64,000 nt of DNA from Burkholderiaceae bacterium. GTDB lineage: Bacteria > Pseudomonadota > Gammaproteobacteria > Burkholderiales > WYBJ01. The notes under the pieces were generated by a model. That model did no database searches. It saw nothing but the letters and a program-made list of their open reading frames with translations, and was not told the DNA's origin. The stretch's first letter is position 1; every line of letters starts with the position of its first letter. A program made the translations under genes and the position numbers. The DNA is taken from NCBI GenBank assembly GCA_011525945.1, contig WYBJ01000316.1, positions 2,563 through 66,562 of the forward strand, in the 5' to 3' direction. Of this stretch, positions 18,846 to 35,880 are shown piece after piece.

Positions 18846-21116
18846 ATGCGATTTTTGCGTTTGCTGTTGCTTGGTGCGCTGCTGATGGGCTCCAGCCTGG
18901 TGCATGCGTTGGAGCCCTTCGTCGTGAAAGACATCCGCGTCGAAGGCATTCAGAGAACCGAAGCCGGAACGGTATTCAGCTACTTGCCGATCAAGGTGGG
19001 TGAGACACTCACCGAGGAAAAGGCCGCCGCCGCCATCCGCGCACTTTATGCCACCGGGTTTTTCCGGGACGTGGTGCTCGAGGTGGACAATGGGGTCCTG
19101 ATCGTCACGGTGCAGGAACGGCCAAGTATCGCGCAAGTGGACTTTACCGGGGTGCGCGAATTCGAGCCCGACCAGCTCAAGACAGGGCTCAAACAGGTGG
19201 GGCTCACCGAAGGTCGGATCTTCGACCGCTCGCTGCTGGAGCGGGCCGAGCAGGAACTCAAGCGCCAGTACGTGAGCCGCGGCAAGTACGCCGCCACCGT
19301 TACGACGACGGTCACGCCGCTGGAGCGCAATCGCGTCGCGATCAACTTCGCGGTCGACGAGGGCGATGTCGCCAAGATCCGTCAGATCAGCATTATCGGG
19401 GCGAAGGCATTCTCGGAAAAGGAGCTCCTGAGCCAGTTCGTGTTGCGCACCCCGGGGCTCATGACTTGGTTCTCGAAGCACGATCAGTATTCGCGCCAGA
19501 AGTTGCAGGCCGATCTCGAGGCGCTGCGCTCGTTCTACCTGAACCGTGGCTTTCTTGATTTCAACATCGACTCGACCCAGGTATCCATTACGCCCGACAA
19601 GAAGGACGTCTACATCACGATCGGCATCACCGAGGGCGAAAAATTCACCGTCTCGGACGTGCGCCTAGCCGGAGAATTGCTGCTTCCCGAGGCGGAGTTG
19701 CGCAAACTGATCACGATCAAGCCGGGCGACATTTTCTCGCGCGAGGAGCTGACCGCGTCGTCCAAGGCGATTTCGGACCGACTCGGCAATGAAGGCTACG
19801 CGTTTGCAAATGTCAACGCCGCACCCGAAGTGGACCGGGCCAAGCGTCAGGTCGCGTTCACTTTCTACGTCGACCCGGGAAGACGCGTCTACGTCAGACG
19901 CATCAACATCATGGGCAACACGAAAACCCGCGATGAAGTGATTCGCCGCGAGATGCGCCAGCTCGAAGGCGCCTGGTATTCGGCGGAGAAGGTTGCGGAA
20001 TCCCGCAGTCGTCTCGATCGGCTGGGTTACTTCAATGACGTCGCGGTCGAAACTCCGAGCGTCGCGGGAACGACCGACCAGATCGACGTCAATGTCACGA
20101 TCAACGAGAAACCGACCGGAAATCTCCTGGTCGGGGCGGGTTTTTCCAGCAACGAAGGTCTGGTCTTGTCGGGCGGAGTCACCCAGACCAACGTGTTCGG
20201 CTCGGGCAATCACCTGGGTCTGCAGATCAACACCAGCAAGGTCAACACGATCTACTCCTTGTCGGTCACCGAGCCCTATTTCACGGTCGACGGCGTGAGT
20301 CGTGGTTTTGATATCTACAAGCGCGATATCGATCCCACCAAGATCAACTCGGGGCGCTGGCGCACCTCGACACTCGGCGCACAGTTGCGCTTCGGCGTAC
20401 CCATCACCGATGTGGATACGATCAACTATGGGATCGGTGTCGAGCGCACCGAACTGAACGTATTCAGCGACAGCCCTCAGCGTTTCATCGACTTCGTCGA
20501 TATTTACGGCGAGACCAATTCCACCCTGCTCGGTACGATCGGCTGGTCGCGCGACAATCGCGATAGCCTCATCTATCCGACCAAGGGTCGCATGCAAAGG
20601 CTGTCGCTGGAGTCCGGCCTGCCGGGGGGCAGTCTGCGCTACTACAAGGCGTCCTATCAGCACCAATGGTATTGGCCGCTGACGCGGTACTATACTCTGA
20701 TGTTGAACGGCGAGATCGGCGTCGGGGACGGCATCGACAGGCGGCCGCTGCCCTTTTTCAAGAACTTTTTCGCGGGCGGCGTGAGTTCCGTGCGCGGCTA
20801 CGAGGCGAACAGCCTGGGACCCAAGGATTCGAACGGTGATCCGATCGGAGGCAGTAAGCGTACCGTTCTCAACGCCGAGCTGATGTTTCCGTTCCCCGGC
20901 CTCGAGAATGACCGCTCTGTACGGTTGAGCGCGTTTACCGATGCCGGCATGATCGCAGACAAATTTTCGACCGAAGAGTTTCGCGGCTCGGTGGGAGTGG
21001 CTGTCCTCTGGGTGTCGCCACTGGGGCCGCTGAAGATCAGTGTCGCACAGCCCTTGAACGACAAGTCGGGGGACAAGATACAACGTTTCCAATTCACCTT
21101 CGGCGCCTCATTCTGA
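18846..21116 (+). CDS. bamA: Outer membrane protein assembly factor BamA
   Basis: 756 aa with a signal peptide, five POTRA-like repeats (IRVEGIQRTE..., INIMGNTKTRDEVIRREM...) and an Omp85 barrel ending FQFTFGASF. Confidence 0.96.
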   Translation: MRFLRLLLLGALLMGSSLVHALEPFVVKDIRVEGIQRTEAGTVFSYLPIKVGETLTEEKAAAAIRALYATGFFRDVVLEVDNGVLIVTVQERPSIAQVDFTGVREFEPDQLKTGLKQVGLTEGRIFDRSLLERAEQELKRQYVSRGKYAATVTTTVTPLERNRVAINFAVDEGDVAKIRQISIIGAKAFSEKELLSQFVLRTPGLMTWFSKHDQYSRQKLQADLEALRSFYLNRGFLDFNIDSTQVSITPDKKDVYITIGITEGEKFTVSDVRLAGELLLPEAELRKLITIKPGDIFSREELTASSKAISDRLGNEGYAFANVNAAPEVDRAKRQVAFTFYVDPGRRVYVRRINIMGNTKTRDEVIRREMRQLEGAWYSAEKVAESRSRLDRLGYFNDVAVETPSVAGTTDQIDVNVTINEKPTGNLLVGAGFSSNEGLVLSGGVTQTNVFGSGNHLGLQINTSKVNTIYSLSVTEPYFTVDGVSRGFDIYKRDIDPTKINSGRWRTSTLGAQLRFGVPITDVDTINYGIGVERTELNVFSDSPQRFIDFVDIYGETNSTLLGTIGWSRDNRDSLIYPTKGRMQRLSLESGLPGGSLRYYKASYQHQWYWPLTRYYTLMLNGEIGVGDGIDRRPLPFFKNFFAGGVSSVRGYEANSLGPKDSNGDPIGGSKRTVLNAELMFPFPGLENDRSVRLSAFTDAGMIADKFSTEEFRGSVGVAVLWVSPLGPLKISVAQPLNDKSGDKIQRFQFTFGASF

Positions 21117-21147
21117 CCATGCTGCCGCTCGTCCGAGGAGATAGACC

Positions 21148-21648
21148 TTGAACGCCGCTCGTCTGATGTTCCTGCTGGCTCTGCTCGGCCTGCCGCTCGC
21201 GGCATCGGCAGCGGAGCTCAAGATCGGTTTCCTCGATGCCGAACGCATCAACCGCGAATCGGCGCCGGCAATCCGCGCGAGCAAGGAGCTGGAACGGGAA
21301 TTCGCGCCGCGCATCCAGGAGCTCCAGAAGATGGAGCGCCAGCTCAAGGACGCTCAGGCAGCCTTGGAGAAAGACGCCATGACCATGAGCGAAAGCGAGC
21401 GCACCCGGCGCGAGCAGGAACTCGTGCGAAACAACCGTGAGTTCCAGCGTGCACAACGCGAATACCGAGAGGATCTGAACACGCGCCGAAATGAGAAGCT
21501 GGCCGATCTGTTCCAGCGCGCCAACAAGGTGATCCAGCAGATCGCAGAGGCGGAAAAGTTCGATCTGATCCTGCAGGAGGCGGTTTACCGCAGTCCGCGC
21601 ATCGACATCACCGACAAAGTTCTGAAGGCCCTCGGCGAGCTCAAGTAG
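21148..21648 (+). CDS. skp: Periplasmic chaperone Skp (OmpH family)
   Basis: Signal peptide LLGLPLAASA/AELKIG followed by a lysine/glutamate-rich coiled-coil, located between bamA and lpxD. TTG start with GAGGAG 7 nt upstream. Confidence 0.88.
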   Translation: MNAARLMFLLALLGLPLAASAAELKIGFLDAERINRESAPAIRASKELEREFAPRIQELQKMERQLKDAQAALEKDAMTMSESERTRREQELVRNNREFQRAQREYREDLNTRRNEKLADLFQRANKVIQQIAEAEKFDLILQEAVYRSPRIDITDKVLKALGELK

Positions 21649-21681
21649 GCCCCCGTCAGGACCGGTGTCCGGAGCGCGTCG

Positions 21682-22761
21682 ATGCGTCCAGCCGCCCGCT
21701 CGTTCGTGCTGGGTGAACTGGTTGATCTGCTCGGCGGCGAGCTGGAGGGCGATGCGAACTTGCGAATTACGCAGGTGGCGCCGCTGGAATCAGCCGGTCC
21801 CGAGGACATCTCGTATTTTGCGGCCGAGGCGTACCGGAGGGATCTCGATGCGACACATGCCGGCGCCGTCGTGCTGCATCCTTCGAACGCGCGGCCCGGG
21901 CTGAACTGCATCTGTACGCCCAATCCGCTGCTGTATTTCGTTCGCCTGATGGCGCTGTTCCACCCCGAGCCGGAAGTCGCTGCCGGCGTGCACCCGATGG
22001 CCTGGGTGCATCCTCAAGCTAGCGTGGCAACCAGCGCCGAAGTGGGGGCGTTCGCAAGCGTGGAGCAGGGCGCGCGTATCGACAGCCGGGCTCGCATCGG
22101 CTCGGGCTGCCGAATCGGCCATCATGCCGAGATTGGCGAGGATTCCGCACTCCATGCCAACGTAATCGTTTATCCACACTGCATCGTCGGCAAGCGGGCT
22201 GTACTCAACGCCGGCTGCGTAATTGGTTCGGACGGCTTCGGCGGTGTGCTGGATCGAGGCCGCTGGGTGAAAATGCCGCATCTTGGCCGAGTCGTTCTGG
22301 GCGATGATGTCGAAGTGGGCGCCAATACCACGATCGATCGGGGTGCCATGGGTGACACGATATTGGGCAACGGAGTCAAGCTCGATAACCTGATCCAGAT
22401 CGCGCATAACGTGCGCATCGGCGATAACACCAGCGTTGCCGCTTGCGCTGGCATAGCCGGAAGCGCCCGCATCGGCGCCAACTGTGTAATCGGAGGCAGC
22501 GCGGATATCTCTGGCCATCTGCACTTGGCCGACGGGGTGCAGATCTCGCCCTCGACCATGGTCGGACGCTCCATCGAAGTTCCGGGCCGTTATACCGGAA
22601 TATTTCCGTGGAGCGAGCATCGTACTTGGTTGCGAATCGCGGCTGCGTTGCGTCGCCTCGGCGATCCGGGTGTCGCGGACAGAAAGCGTCCTAGACGAGA
22701 ACGCTCGCGCGAAAGCGCACAGCACGTACAAGAAGAGCGAGACGATGATGGACATCAATGA
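21682..22761 (+). CDS. lpxD: UDP-3-O-acylglucosamine N-acyltransferase
   Basis: Left-handed beta-helix hexapeptide repeats, an LpxD-type N-terminal domain and the skp-lpxD-fabZ-lpxA context. The charged C-terminal tail overlaps the fabZ start. Confidence 0.93.
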   Translation: MRPAARSFVLGELVDLLGGELEGDANLRITQVAPLESAGPEDISYFAAEAYRRDLDATHAGAVVLHPSNARPGLNCICTPNPLLYFVRLMALFHPEPEVAAGVHPMAWVHPQASVATSAEVGAFASVEQGARIDSRARIGSGCRIGHHAEIGEDSALHANVIVYPHCIVGKRAVLNAGCVIGSDGFGGVLDRGRWVKMPHLGRVVLGDDVEVGANTTIDRGAMGDTILGNGVKLDNLIQIAHNVRIGDNTSVAACAGIAGSARIGANCVIGGSADISGHLHLADGVQISPSTMVGRSIEVPGRYTGIFPWSEHRTWLRIAAALRRLGDPGVADRKRPRRERSRESAQHVQEERDDDGHQ

Positions 22762-23191
22762 GATCCTGAAGTATCTGCCGCATCGTTACCCGTTCCTTCT
22801 GATCGACCGGGTGGTCCGGCTCGAGCCAGACAAGACCATCGTTGCGCTGAAGAACGTGACGATCAACGAGCCGTTCTTCGTCGGCCACTTCCCCTACCAC
22901 CCGGTGATGCCCGGAGTGCTCGTGATCGAGGCTATGGCGCAGGCGGCCGCAGTACTCACCTTTCGCAGCAACAATCACCTGCCGGACGACAAGTCGATCT
23001 ATTACTTTGTCGGTATCGACAACGCGCGCTTCAAGCGTCCGGTCATCCCGGGCGATCAACTCATGCTGCACGTCAGCATCACGCGTGCGCGTGAAGCTCG
23101 CGGCGGGCTGTGGAAGTTCAAGGCCGAGGCACGGGTCGACGCCAACCTGGCGGCCGAAGCCGAGTTGCTTTGCACGCTGCGCAACCTCTGA
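22745..23191 (+). CDS. fabZ: 3-hydroxyacyl-ACP dehydratase FabZ
   Basis: [23 protein letters not shown]...FFVGHFP..PVMPGVL.IEAMAQ. The track ORF begins at 22670. Confidence 0.95.
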   Translation: MMDINEILKYLPHRYPFLLIDRVVRLEPDKTIVALKNVTINEPFFVGHFPYHPVMPGVLVIEAMAQAAAVLTFRSNNHLPDDKSIYYFVGIDNARFKRPVIPGDQLMLHVSITRAREARGGLWKFKAEARVDANLAAEAELLCTLRNL

Positions 23192-23217
23192 GCGTCCACG
23201 GGACGAGGCGCAGGCGC

Positions 23218-24000
23218 GTGGCGAAAGATGGCATTCACCCCAGTGCCCTTGTCCACCCGGGGGCGCGGCTAGGTGAAGGTGTGTCGATTGGCGCATTCAG
23301 CATCGTCGATGAGCACGTCGAGGTCGGCGCCGGCACCCGTATCGGCCACCATTGCGTGCTGACCGGCCACACCCGCATCGGCCGCGACAATCGCGTCTAT
23401 CACTTCGTATCGCTCGGCGAAGCGCCGCAAGACAAGAAGTATGGCGGTGAGCCTACGGCGCTCGAGATCGGCGATCGCAACACCATTCGCGAGTTCGCCA
23501 CCCTCAACCGCGGCACGGTGCAGGATGCAGGTGTCACCCGGCTCGGCAACGACAACTGGATCATGGCGTACGTCCATCTTGCACACGATTGCCAGGTCGG
23601 CAACGCCACCATCTTCGCCAACAACGCGCAACTCGCCGGGCATGTCCACATTGGGGATCATGCCATCCTCGGCGGCTTCACCACCGTGCATCAGTTCTGT
23701 CGCGTCGGGGCGCACGCAATCACGGGTCTGAGCAGTGTGATCGTGCACGACGTGCCACCTTACGTCACGGCAGCCGGCAATCCAGCAGCCGCCCATGGTA
23801 TCAATAGCGAGGGCCTGCGCCGGCGCGGCTTCTCCGCGGCCGCGATCGATGGCCTGCGACGGGCCTACCGCACACTATACAAATCCGGGCTGACGCTGGA
23901 CGAGGCTAGACGCGCGCTCGCCGGGCAGGTCGAGGCGCTGCCGGAGCTGCGGCTGTGGCTCGATTTCTTGTCGGTATCGAACCGGGGGATCGTGCGCTGA
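23218..24000 (+). CDS. lpxA: Acyl-ACP--UDP-N-acetylglucosamine O-acyltransferase
   Basis: (M)AKDGIHPSALVHPGARLGEGVSIGAFS hexapeptide repeats and a C-terminal helical domain. GTG 23218 was chosen as the start; the track ORF begins at 23110 inside fabZ. Confidence 0.93.
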   Translation: MAKDGIHPSALVHPGARLGEGVSIGAFSIVDEHVEVGAGTRIGHHCVLTGHTRIGRDNRVYHFVSLGEAPQDKKYGGEPTALEIGDRNTIREFATLNRGTVQDAGVTRLGNDNWIMAYVHLAHDCQVGNATIFANNAQLAGHVHIGDHAILGGFTTVHQFCRVGAHAITGLSSVIVHDVPPYVTAAGNPAAAHGINSEGLRRRGFSAAAIDGLRRAYRTLYKSGLTLDEARRALAGQVEALPELRLWLDFLSVSNRGIVR

Positions 24001-24001
24001 C

Positions 24002-25165
24002 ATGACGTCAGTGGCGCGCGCAGCGACCGTTGCCATTGTCGCCGGCGAGGCTTCCGGCGACCTGCTCGCCGCCTCGCTCGTGAACGCGATGCGCGCGCTC
24101 GATCCCGGTATCCGTTTCTCCGGCGTGGCGGGGCCGCGCATGCAGGCTGCAGGCGTTGAATGCCTCTACCCAGTGGAGAAGCTCGCTGTGCGCGGTTACG
24201 TGGAGGTGCTGCGGCACTTCGTCGAGATCGTCGGCATCCGCCGGGCGCTGCGCGCGCACTGGCTGCGCGAGCGGCCGGATCTGTTTATCGGTGTGGATGC
24301 TCCGGATTTCAATTTTTCGCTGGAAGCTGACTTGCGTCGCAGCGGCATTCCGACGGTGCACTACGTCAGTCCGTCGATCTGGGCATGGCGAGCGCAGCGC
24401 ATGAAGAAGATCCGCAAGGCCGTGACACACATGCTCGCGCTGTTTCCGTTCGAGGCGCCGCTGTACCGACGGGCCGGCGTGCCCGTCACGTATGTGGGGC
24501 ATCCGCTGGCCGATCTGCTCCCCGCTCAGCCCGACCGACTGGCGGCGCGCGAGCAGCTGCGCCTGCCGAGCGAGGCCACGATCGTGACATTGTTGCCGGG
24601 GTCGCGCGAATCCGAGTTGCGAGAGCACGCGCGTCTATTCGTGCGAACCGCAAGTCTGATCGCGGCACGCCGTCCCGATGTGCTGTTTCTCGTGCCGCTG
24701 GTGAACCGGACGACACGGGTGCTGTTCGAGTCGGCGCTTGCGATCGACGGCGCGCCAGGCCTCGAAGTGCAGCTCCTGTTCGGCCATTCGCACGAGGCTT
24801 TGACCGCAGCCAGCGTCGGTCTAGTGGCGTCGGGAACCGCGACGCTCGAGGCGGCGCTGCTGGGCTGCCCCATGGTGATCACATATCGTGTGCCCGCGCT
24901 CACGTACCGCATTATGTGGCCGCAGCGGCGCCTGCCCTATATCGGGCTGCCCAATGTCCTGGCCGGCGAGTTCATTGTCCCGGAACTGTTGCAGGACGAT
25001 GCGACGCCCGAGAACCTCGCCCAGGCATTGCTCAATCTGATCGCCGATCCGCTGATACAACGGCGCGTGGAGGCGCGCTTTGCAGCACTGCGCACGGGCT
25101 TGCGTCAAGGCGCGGCGAATACGGCTGCGCGCGCCATCATGCCGCTCCTTGCGCGCCGTACATGA
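24002..25165 (+). CDS. lpxB: Lipid-A-disaccharide synthase
   Basis: 387 aa with [28 protein letters not shown] and VGHPLAD motifs. Confidence 0.93.
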   Translation: MTSVARAATVAIVAGEASGDLLAASLVNAMRALDPGIRFSGVAGPRMQAAGVECLYPVEKLAVRGYVEVLRHFVEIVGIRRALRAHWLRERPDLFIGVDAPDFNFSLEADLRRSGIPTVHYVSPSIWAWRAQRMKKIRKAVTHMLALFPFEAPLYRRAGVPVTYVGHPLADLLPAQPDRLAAREQLRLPSEATIVTLLPGSRESELREHARLFVRTASLIAARRPDVLFLVPLVNRTTRVLFESALAIDGAPGLEVQLLFGHSHEALTAASVGLVASGTATLEAALLGCPMVITYRVPALTYRIMWPQRRLPYIGLPNVLAGEFIVPELLQDDATPENLAQALLNLIADPLIQRRVEARFAALRTGLRQGAANTAARAIMPLLARRT

Positions 25166-25746
25166 GCGCAGTAGCTGCGATCGTCTGCGGTGTCGACGAA
25201 GCGGGCCGTGGACCGCTGGCTGGGCCCGTGTATGCCGCTGCCGTTGTCCTCGGCCACTGTGTGCGAATACGCGATCTGGCCGACTCGAAGCTCCTTACGG
25301 CAGAAGCGCGCGAATCGGTGCGGGCGTGTATCGAGCGACGCGCGGTCGCTTGGGCGGTGGCGAGTGCCTCGGTGGAAGAGATTGACCGCATGAATGTCTT
25401 GCAGGCGACCTTGCTCGCGATGCGCCGGGCGGTACAGCGGCTGGCATGCACGCCGACGCAAGTTCTGGTGGACGGCTTGCACTGTCCGGCGCTCGACTGT
25501 CCTGTGCGCCCTGTCGTGCGCGGCGACGCCACGGTTAAGGAAATCTCGGCTGCCTCGATTCTCGCCAAGACCTCTCGAGATCGCTACATGGTCGAGCTCG
25601 ACAGCGTCTATCCCCAATACGGGTTCGCGCGCCACAAGGGTTACTCGACACCGGGGCATCTGGCTGCGCTGCGTCGGTACGGCGCGTGCCCGCATCATCG
25701 GCAAAGCTTCGCGCCGGTGCGCGAGGTCTTATACTCGCTTTTCTGA
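25162..25746 (+). CDS. rnhB: Ribonuclease HII
   Basis: [25 protein letters not shown] and ASILAK motifs. The ATG overlaps the lpxB stop (ATGA). This is the last 194 codons of track ORF 24385..25746. Confidence 0.93.
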   Translation: MSAVAAIVCGVDEAGRGPLAGPVYAAAVVLGHCVRIRDLADSKLLTAEARESVRACIERRAVAWAVASASVEEIDRMNVLQATLLAMRRAVQRLACTPTQVLVDGLHCPALDCPVRPVVRGDATVKEISAASILAKTSRDRYMVELDSVYPQYGFARHKGYSTPGHLAALRRYGACPHHRQSFAPVREVLYSLF

Positions 25747-25832
25747 AATGGGGGCGATGTGAACCTGTTCGGCGAGGGGTAGACTTTTTTTGCTTCCCGC
25801 ACGAAGGACATCGCGTGCTGGGATCGACCGCG

Positions 25833-25874
25833 AGACGAATCGGCGCCAGGCGCCGGCCGCGCGGCGATTCGTCT
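25833..25874 (+). promoter_or_regulatory. Perfect 10-bp inverted repeat upstream of the CopD-like gene
   Basis: agacgaatcg (25833-25842) and cgattcgtct (25865-25874) flank a 22-nt GC-palindromic spacer. The element lies 27 nt upstream of ATG 25901 and just before the GGAGG RBS. Confidence 0.3.
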
Positions 25875-25900
25875 ACATTGTGCGTTCGGAGGCGCCAACG

Positions 25901-26356
25901 ATGCGCTTTGCCCTTCTGCTCCATTTGCTCGGCGCGGTCGTCTGGATCGGCGGCATGTTCTTCGCGTACGTGGCATTACGCCCGGCCGCGGCGCAGGCGC
26001 TGCAGCCGCCACAGCGTCTGGCGCTGTGGCGCGAGACGCTGGCGCGGTTCTTCAATTGGGTCTGGGTGTCGATCGCGGTGCTCTATATCACGGGAGTGCA
26101 CATGCTGTCTTCTGCTTACGGCTCGCACGCAGTGCCGATTTACGTACTGGCGATGGCGGCCATAGCTACCGTCATGAGCGTGATCTTCGCCTACGTCTAT
26201 TTCGCACCCTTTCGCACGCTCAAGCGCGAGGTCGAAGCGCAGAACTGGCCGATGGCCGGCGGTGCGCTCAATCGTATCCGGCAATTTGTCGCCACCAACC
26301 TGGTCCTGGGGTTGATCACGCTGGCGGTGGGCGTCGGGGGAGGGCTCCTCGGCTGA
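25901..26356 (+). CDS. CopD-like integral membrane protein (four predicted TM helices)
   Basis: MRFALLLHLLGAVVWIGGMFFAYVALRP... with GGAGG 8 nt upstream of ATG 25901. The hydrophobic pattern resembles small CopD-family proteins. The family call is tentative. Confidence 0.5.
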   Translation: MRFALLLHLLGAVVWIGGMFFAYVALRPAAAQALQPPQRLALWRETLARFFNWVWVSIAVLYITGVHMLSSAYGSHAVPIYVLAMAAIATVMSVIFAYVYFAPFRTLKREVEAQNWPMAGGALNRIRQFVATNLVLGLITLAVGVGGGLLG

Positions 26357-26393
26357 CTCGGGTGAGCGGCCTCGTCCTCGCGGCGCCCGTGTA

Positions 26394-27218
26394 ATGTCCG
26401 ATCTGCCGCATATCGGCTCGCGCAGCAATGCGCACTTTCGAACCGTGCGCGCCTTGGCCACGTCCGCGGCGCAGCGCCGGCGCAGCGGGCGTACGCTGCT
26501 CGATGGCGCGCATCTCGTGGCGGCCTATCTTGAGCGTGCGCGTCCGGCGTTCATCGCGGTGAGTGAAAGTATGTGCGGCGACATTGAAGTCCGCCAGATA
26601 CTCGAGCGCGCGCCCGGTGTGCCCTGCGCTCGTTTTTCCGACCTATTGTTCGCGCAGCTTGCGCCGGTGCGTGCGCCGACCGGCATCCTCGCCGTCATCG
26701 ATATCCCGCGAGATCCGCCCGCAAGGCCACGAGGATCGTTGCTCGTCATGCTCGACGCGATCCAGGATCCCGGCAACGTAGGCACGATCATTCGCTCGGC
26801 TGCGGCAGCCGGCGCGGATGCCGTCCTGCTATCGGCACAGTGCGCAGACGCCTGGGCGCCGCGAACGCTGCGCGCAGCCATGGGCGCGCACTTCGCGCTC
26901 GCCATTCATGTTCGATGCGATCTGGAGCGGGTCGCGCGTAACTTCGAGGGCCGGGTGATTGCGGCGGCGGGCCAAGGCGGAGCGGCCCCGCATGAGTTGT
27001 CACTACTCGGATCGATCGCACTGGTCTTCGGCAGCGAAGGCGCAGGGTTGAGCGAGCCGTTGGCAAAGGTCGCGCACGCTGTAACCTCGATTCCGCTTGC
27101 GCGCGGCGTCGAATCGTTGAACGTCGGTGCGGCGGCGGCCATCATCCTGTTCGAGCGAGCGCGACAGATCGCCATGACATCGCCGCTGCGCGGCAGCTCA
27201 TCCGCGCCTCAGCCTTGA
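26394..27218 (+). CDS. TrmH/SpoU family RNA 2'-O-methyltransferase
   Basis: LDAIQDPGNVGTIIRSAAAAGADAVLLS...FGSEGAGLS...IPL.RGVESLNVGAAAAIILFE SpoU motifs. Confidence 0.85.
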   Translation: MSDLPHIGSRSNAHFRTVRALATSAAQRRRSGRTLLDGAHLVAAYLERARPAFIAVSESMCGDIEVRQILERAPGVPCARFSDLLFAQLAPVRAPTGILAVIDIPRDPPARPRGSLLVMLDAIQDPGNVGTIIRSAAAAGADAVLLSAQCADAWAPRTLRAAMGAHFALAIHVRCDLERVARNFEGRVIAAAGQGGAAPHELSLLGSIALVFGSEGAGLSEPLAKVAHAVTSIPLARGVESLNVGAAAAIILFERARQIAMTSPLRGSSSAPQP

Positions 27219-27373
27219 ACCCGGGTTATGATGCCAGCGCTTGTTCTCGCTACTATACGCCTCGGTCCGATTGGGATAGAGGCGGACATGGTCAGGATCG
27301 GGGTCACGTCAAACGCGCAGATCGGGCGAGCCTGCGCCGAGCCGTTGCGGATTCGCGCGCCACAGCACGCGGC

Positions 27374-28213
27374 TCAGTACACGTGCCGGACGAGCCGTGT
27401 GTCGTGCAGGATTGTGGCGGCGATTTCCTCGATCGACTTGCGGGTGGTGTCGATGTAGGGCACGCCTTCCTGGCGCATCAAGGCTTCGGCCGCACGCACT
27501 TCGAATTGACAATTGGCGAGCGTCGAATAGCGACTCCCGGGGCGGCGCTCGTTGCGCACCACTTGCAGCCGTTCCGGCTGGATGGTGAGTCCGTAAAGCT
27601 TGCGTCGCAGGTTGTGCAGTTGCGGCGGTAGGGCATTGCGCTGGAAATCCTCGGCAACCAGCGGATAGTTGGCGGTGCGGATACCGTACTGCAACGCCAT
27701 GTAGAGGCAAGTCGGGGTCTTGCCGGATCGCGACACGCCGACCAGGACGATATCCGCCTCGTCCAGATCGCGGGTGGAAATGCCATCGTCGTGGCTCAGG
27801 GCGAAATTCACCGCCTCGATACGGTGGTGATAGTCACCCAGATTGTCGGCGCTGTGCGAGCGGCCGACCACGCGCGCCGATCCCAGTCCGAGTTCCTGCT
27901 CGAGGATCGCGATGAAGAACTGAAAGCAGTCGATCACGAGTGCGTTGGCGCCGATCAGCGCCTCTTCGATCTCCGCGTTCACCAGCGTGCAGAAAACGAG
28001 TGCGCGCGCACCGTCCTGCTCGGCCGCCTGATTGATCTCATGCACGAGCGCCTTGGCCTTGTCGATCGAATCGATGAAGGGCTTGGTGATTTCGGCAAAG
28101 CGCACGCCCTCGAACTGGGTGAGCAGGCTGTGCCCGAGCATTTCGCAGGTGATGCCGGTGCGGTCGGAGACGAAGTACGCGGTTCTTCGGTGCGCGCGCT
28201 CGCTCGTTTGCAT
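27374..28213 (-). CDS. ppsR: Phosphoenolpyruvate synthase regulatory protein (bifunctional kinase/pyrophosphorylase, DUF299)
   Basis: AYFVSDRTGITCEMLGHSLLTQFEG...LVGVSRSGKTPTCLYMALQYGIRTANYPL. The gene is divergent from ppsA. ATG 28213 was chosen as the start; the track ORF extends to 28285. Confidence 0.92.
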   Translation of the reverse strand: MQTSERAHRRTAYFVSDRTGITCEMLGHSLLTQFEGVRFAEITKPFIDSIDKAKALVHEINQAAEQDGARALVFCTLVNAEIEEALIGANALVIDCFQFFIAILEQELGLGSARVVGRSHSADNLGDYHHRIEAVNFALSHDDGISTRDLDEADIVLVGVSRSGKTPTCLYMALQYGIRTANYPLVAEDFQRNALPPQLHNLRRKLYGLTIQPERLQVVRNERRPGSRYSTLANCQFEVRAAEALMRQEGVPYIDTTRKSIEEIAATILHDTRLVRHVY

Positions 28214-28283
28214 AAGTTTTCGCCTCCGCAGGTCGAACGGGTAAAATATCGGCTTTCCCAACTGCTTACAACCGCGTCGCGCC

Positions 28284-32430
<4,147 letters not shown>

Positions 32431-32455
32431 TGTACGCAAGGACGGTTCGCGCACG

Positions 32456-34647
<2,192 letters not shown>

Positions 34648-34656
34648 ACCGCACAC

Positions 34657-34965
34657 ATGGCCGCACGACTGCTCGCGCTGGGGCTGATTGCGCTCGTCGC
34701 GAGCCTCCAGTATGGCCTCTGGCTCGGCAAGGGTAGCTGGCTGCGCGTGTGGGAAATCGATCGCAAGATTACCGAGCAGCGACGCAGCAATGACCAGCTC
34801 AGTGCTCGCAATGCCGCGCTCGATGCCGAGGTCCGCGATCTGAAAGAAGGGCTTGGTGCGATCGAGGAGCGAGCGCGCAACGAGCTCGGCATGATCCGTT
34901 CCGACGAAATCTTCTTCCAGGTGCTGGAGCGTGCCGATGGTGATGGCGCGCGCGCTTCCCGCTGA
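34657..34965 (+). CDS. ftsB: Cell division protein FtsB
   Basis: 102 aa with an N-terminal TM segment, then a coiled-coil ([31 protein letters not shown]). It lies directly after eno, as in many proteobacteria. Confidence 0.88.
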   Translation: MAARLLALGLIALVASLQYGLWLGKGSWLRVWEIDRKITEQRRSNDQLSARNAALDAEVRDLKEGLGAIEERARNELGMIRSDEIFFQVLERADGDGARASR

Positions 34966-34983
34966 GTCCTAATCGGGATCGAC

Positions 34984-35853
34984 GTGGCCGCCATCATTCT
35001 CGACGGCAAGCAGCTCGCGCAAAGTGTGCTGACCGACCTTTTGCCCCGCGTGCGCACGCTCCGGGCACGAGGAATCGCGCCGAAGCTGACCGTGATGCGG
35101 ATCGGAGACGATCCCGCGTCAAGAAGCTACATCCGCGCCAAGATCCGAGCCTGCGAGCAGACGGGCGTCATGGGAGATGAGCTAGTCCTGCCCGCATCGA
35201 CGTCCCAAGCCGAGATCCTCGCCCGCCTCGACCGGCTCAATGCTGACCCGCTAGTGCACGGCGTTCTGGTCCAGCTGCCGCTGCCGCGCGCGGTGGACCC
35301 GCACGCAGTCGCGGCCCGCATCGCGCCAACGAAGGATGTGGATGGCCTACATGCCTGCAACCTCGGCCAGTTGGTGCAGGGTAATGCACTGCTGCAGCCA
35401 TGTACGCCAGCCGGCGTGCTGCGCCTGCTCGATGCTTACCGGATCGATGTGAGCGGCAAGCACGCCGTGGTGGTGGGTCGCAGCGAGATCGTCGGCAAAC
35501 CCATGGCACTGCTCCTGATCCGGCGCGACGCCACAGTCAGTGTGTGCAATTCGAAGACGCCCGACCTCGGCGTCTTCACGCGTAGCGCGGACGTGCTGGT
35601 CGTGGCTGCGGGTCGTGCGGGTCTGGTGCGAGCCGACATGGTGAAAGTCGGTGCCGTTGTGGTGGACGTCGGGGTGAATCGCCTGACGAGCGGAAAGCTT
35701 GTCGGCGACGTCGACGCTGCGGCTGCGCACACGGCAAGTCATCTTACCCCGGTACCGGGTGGTGTCGGACCGATGACTGTGGCGATGCTGATCGAAAACA
35801 CCGTGAACGCCGCCGAACGTGCCGCACCGGGTGGGCTGCAATCAACCGCGTGA
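34984..35853 (+). CDS. folD: Bifunctional methylenetetrahydrofolate dehydrogenase/methenyltetrahydrofolate cyclohydrolase
   Basis: IILDGKQLA..., YIRAKIRACE, VQLPLP, VVGRSEIVGKPMALLL and PVPGGVGPMT motifs. GTG start. Confidence 0.95.
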   Translation: MAAIILDGKQLAQSVLTDLLPRVRTLRARGIAPKLTVMRIGDDPASRSYIRAKIRACEQTGVMGDELVLPASTSQAEILARLDRLNADPLVHGVLVQLPLPRAVDPHAVAARIAPTKDVDGLHACNLGQLVQGNALLQPCTPAGVLRLLDAYRIDVSGKHAVVVGRSEIVGKPMALLLIRRDATVSVCNSKTPDLGVFTRSADVLVVAAGRAGLVRADMVKVGAVVVDVGVNRLTSGKLVGDVDAAAAHTASHLTPVPGGVGPMTVAMLIENTVNAAERAAPGGLQSTA

Positions 35854-35880
35854 TCTGACCCGCCCGTGCGGGCAACAGCG

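Noticed and set aside
24385-25746. 453-aa ORF suggesting a large protein spanning lpxB and rnhB.
   Set aside because: Only the last 194 codons (from ATG 25162) look like a real protein (RNase HII). The upstream 259 codons are an alternate frame of lpxB with Arg/Ala-rich nonsense. The same reasoning applies to the long N-terminal extensions of holB (60129), the TatD-family gene (60803), HlyD (4493), def (7073), pyrG (30622), kdsA (32279) and sppA (49375).
25775-25795. T-run (gactttttttgc) after rnhB as an intrinsic terminator.
   Set aside because: I could not find a convincing GC stem immediately upstream of the T tract.
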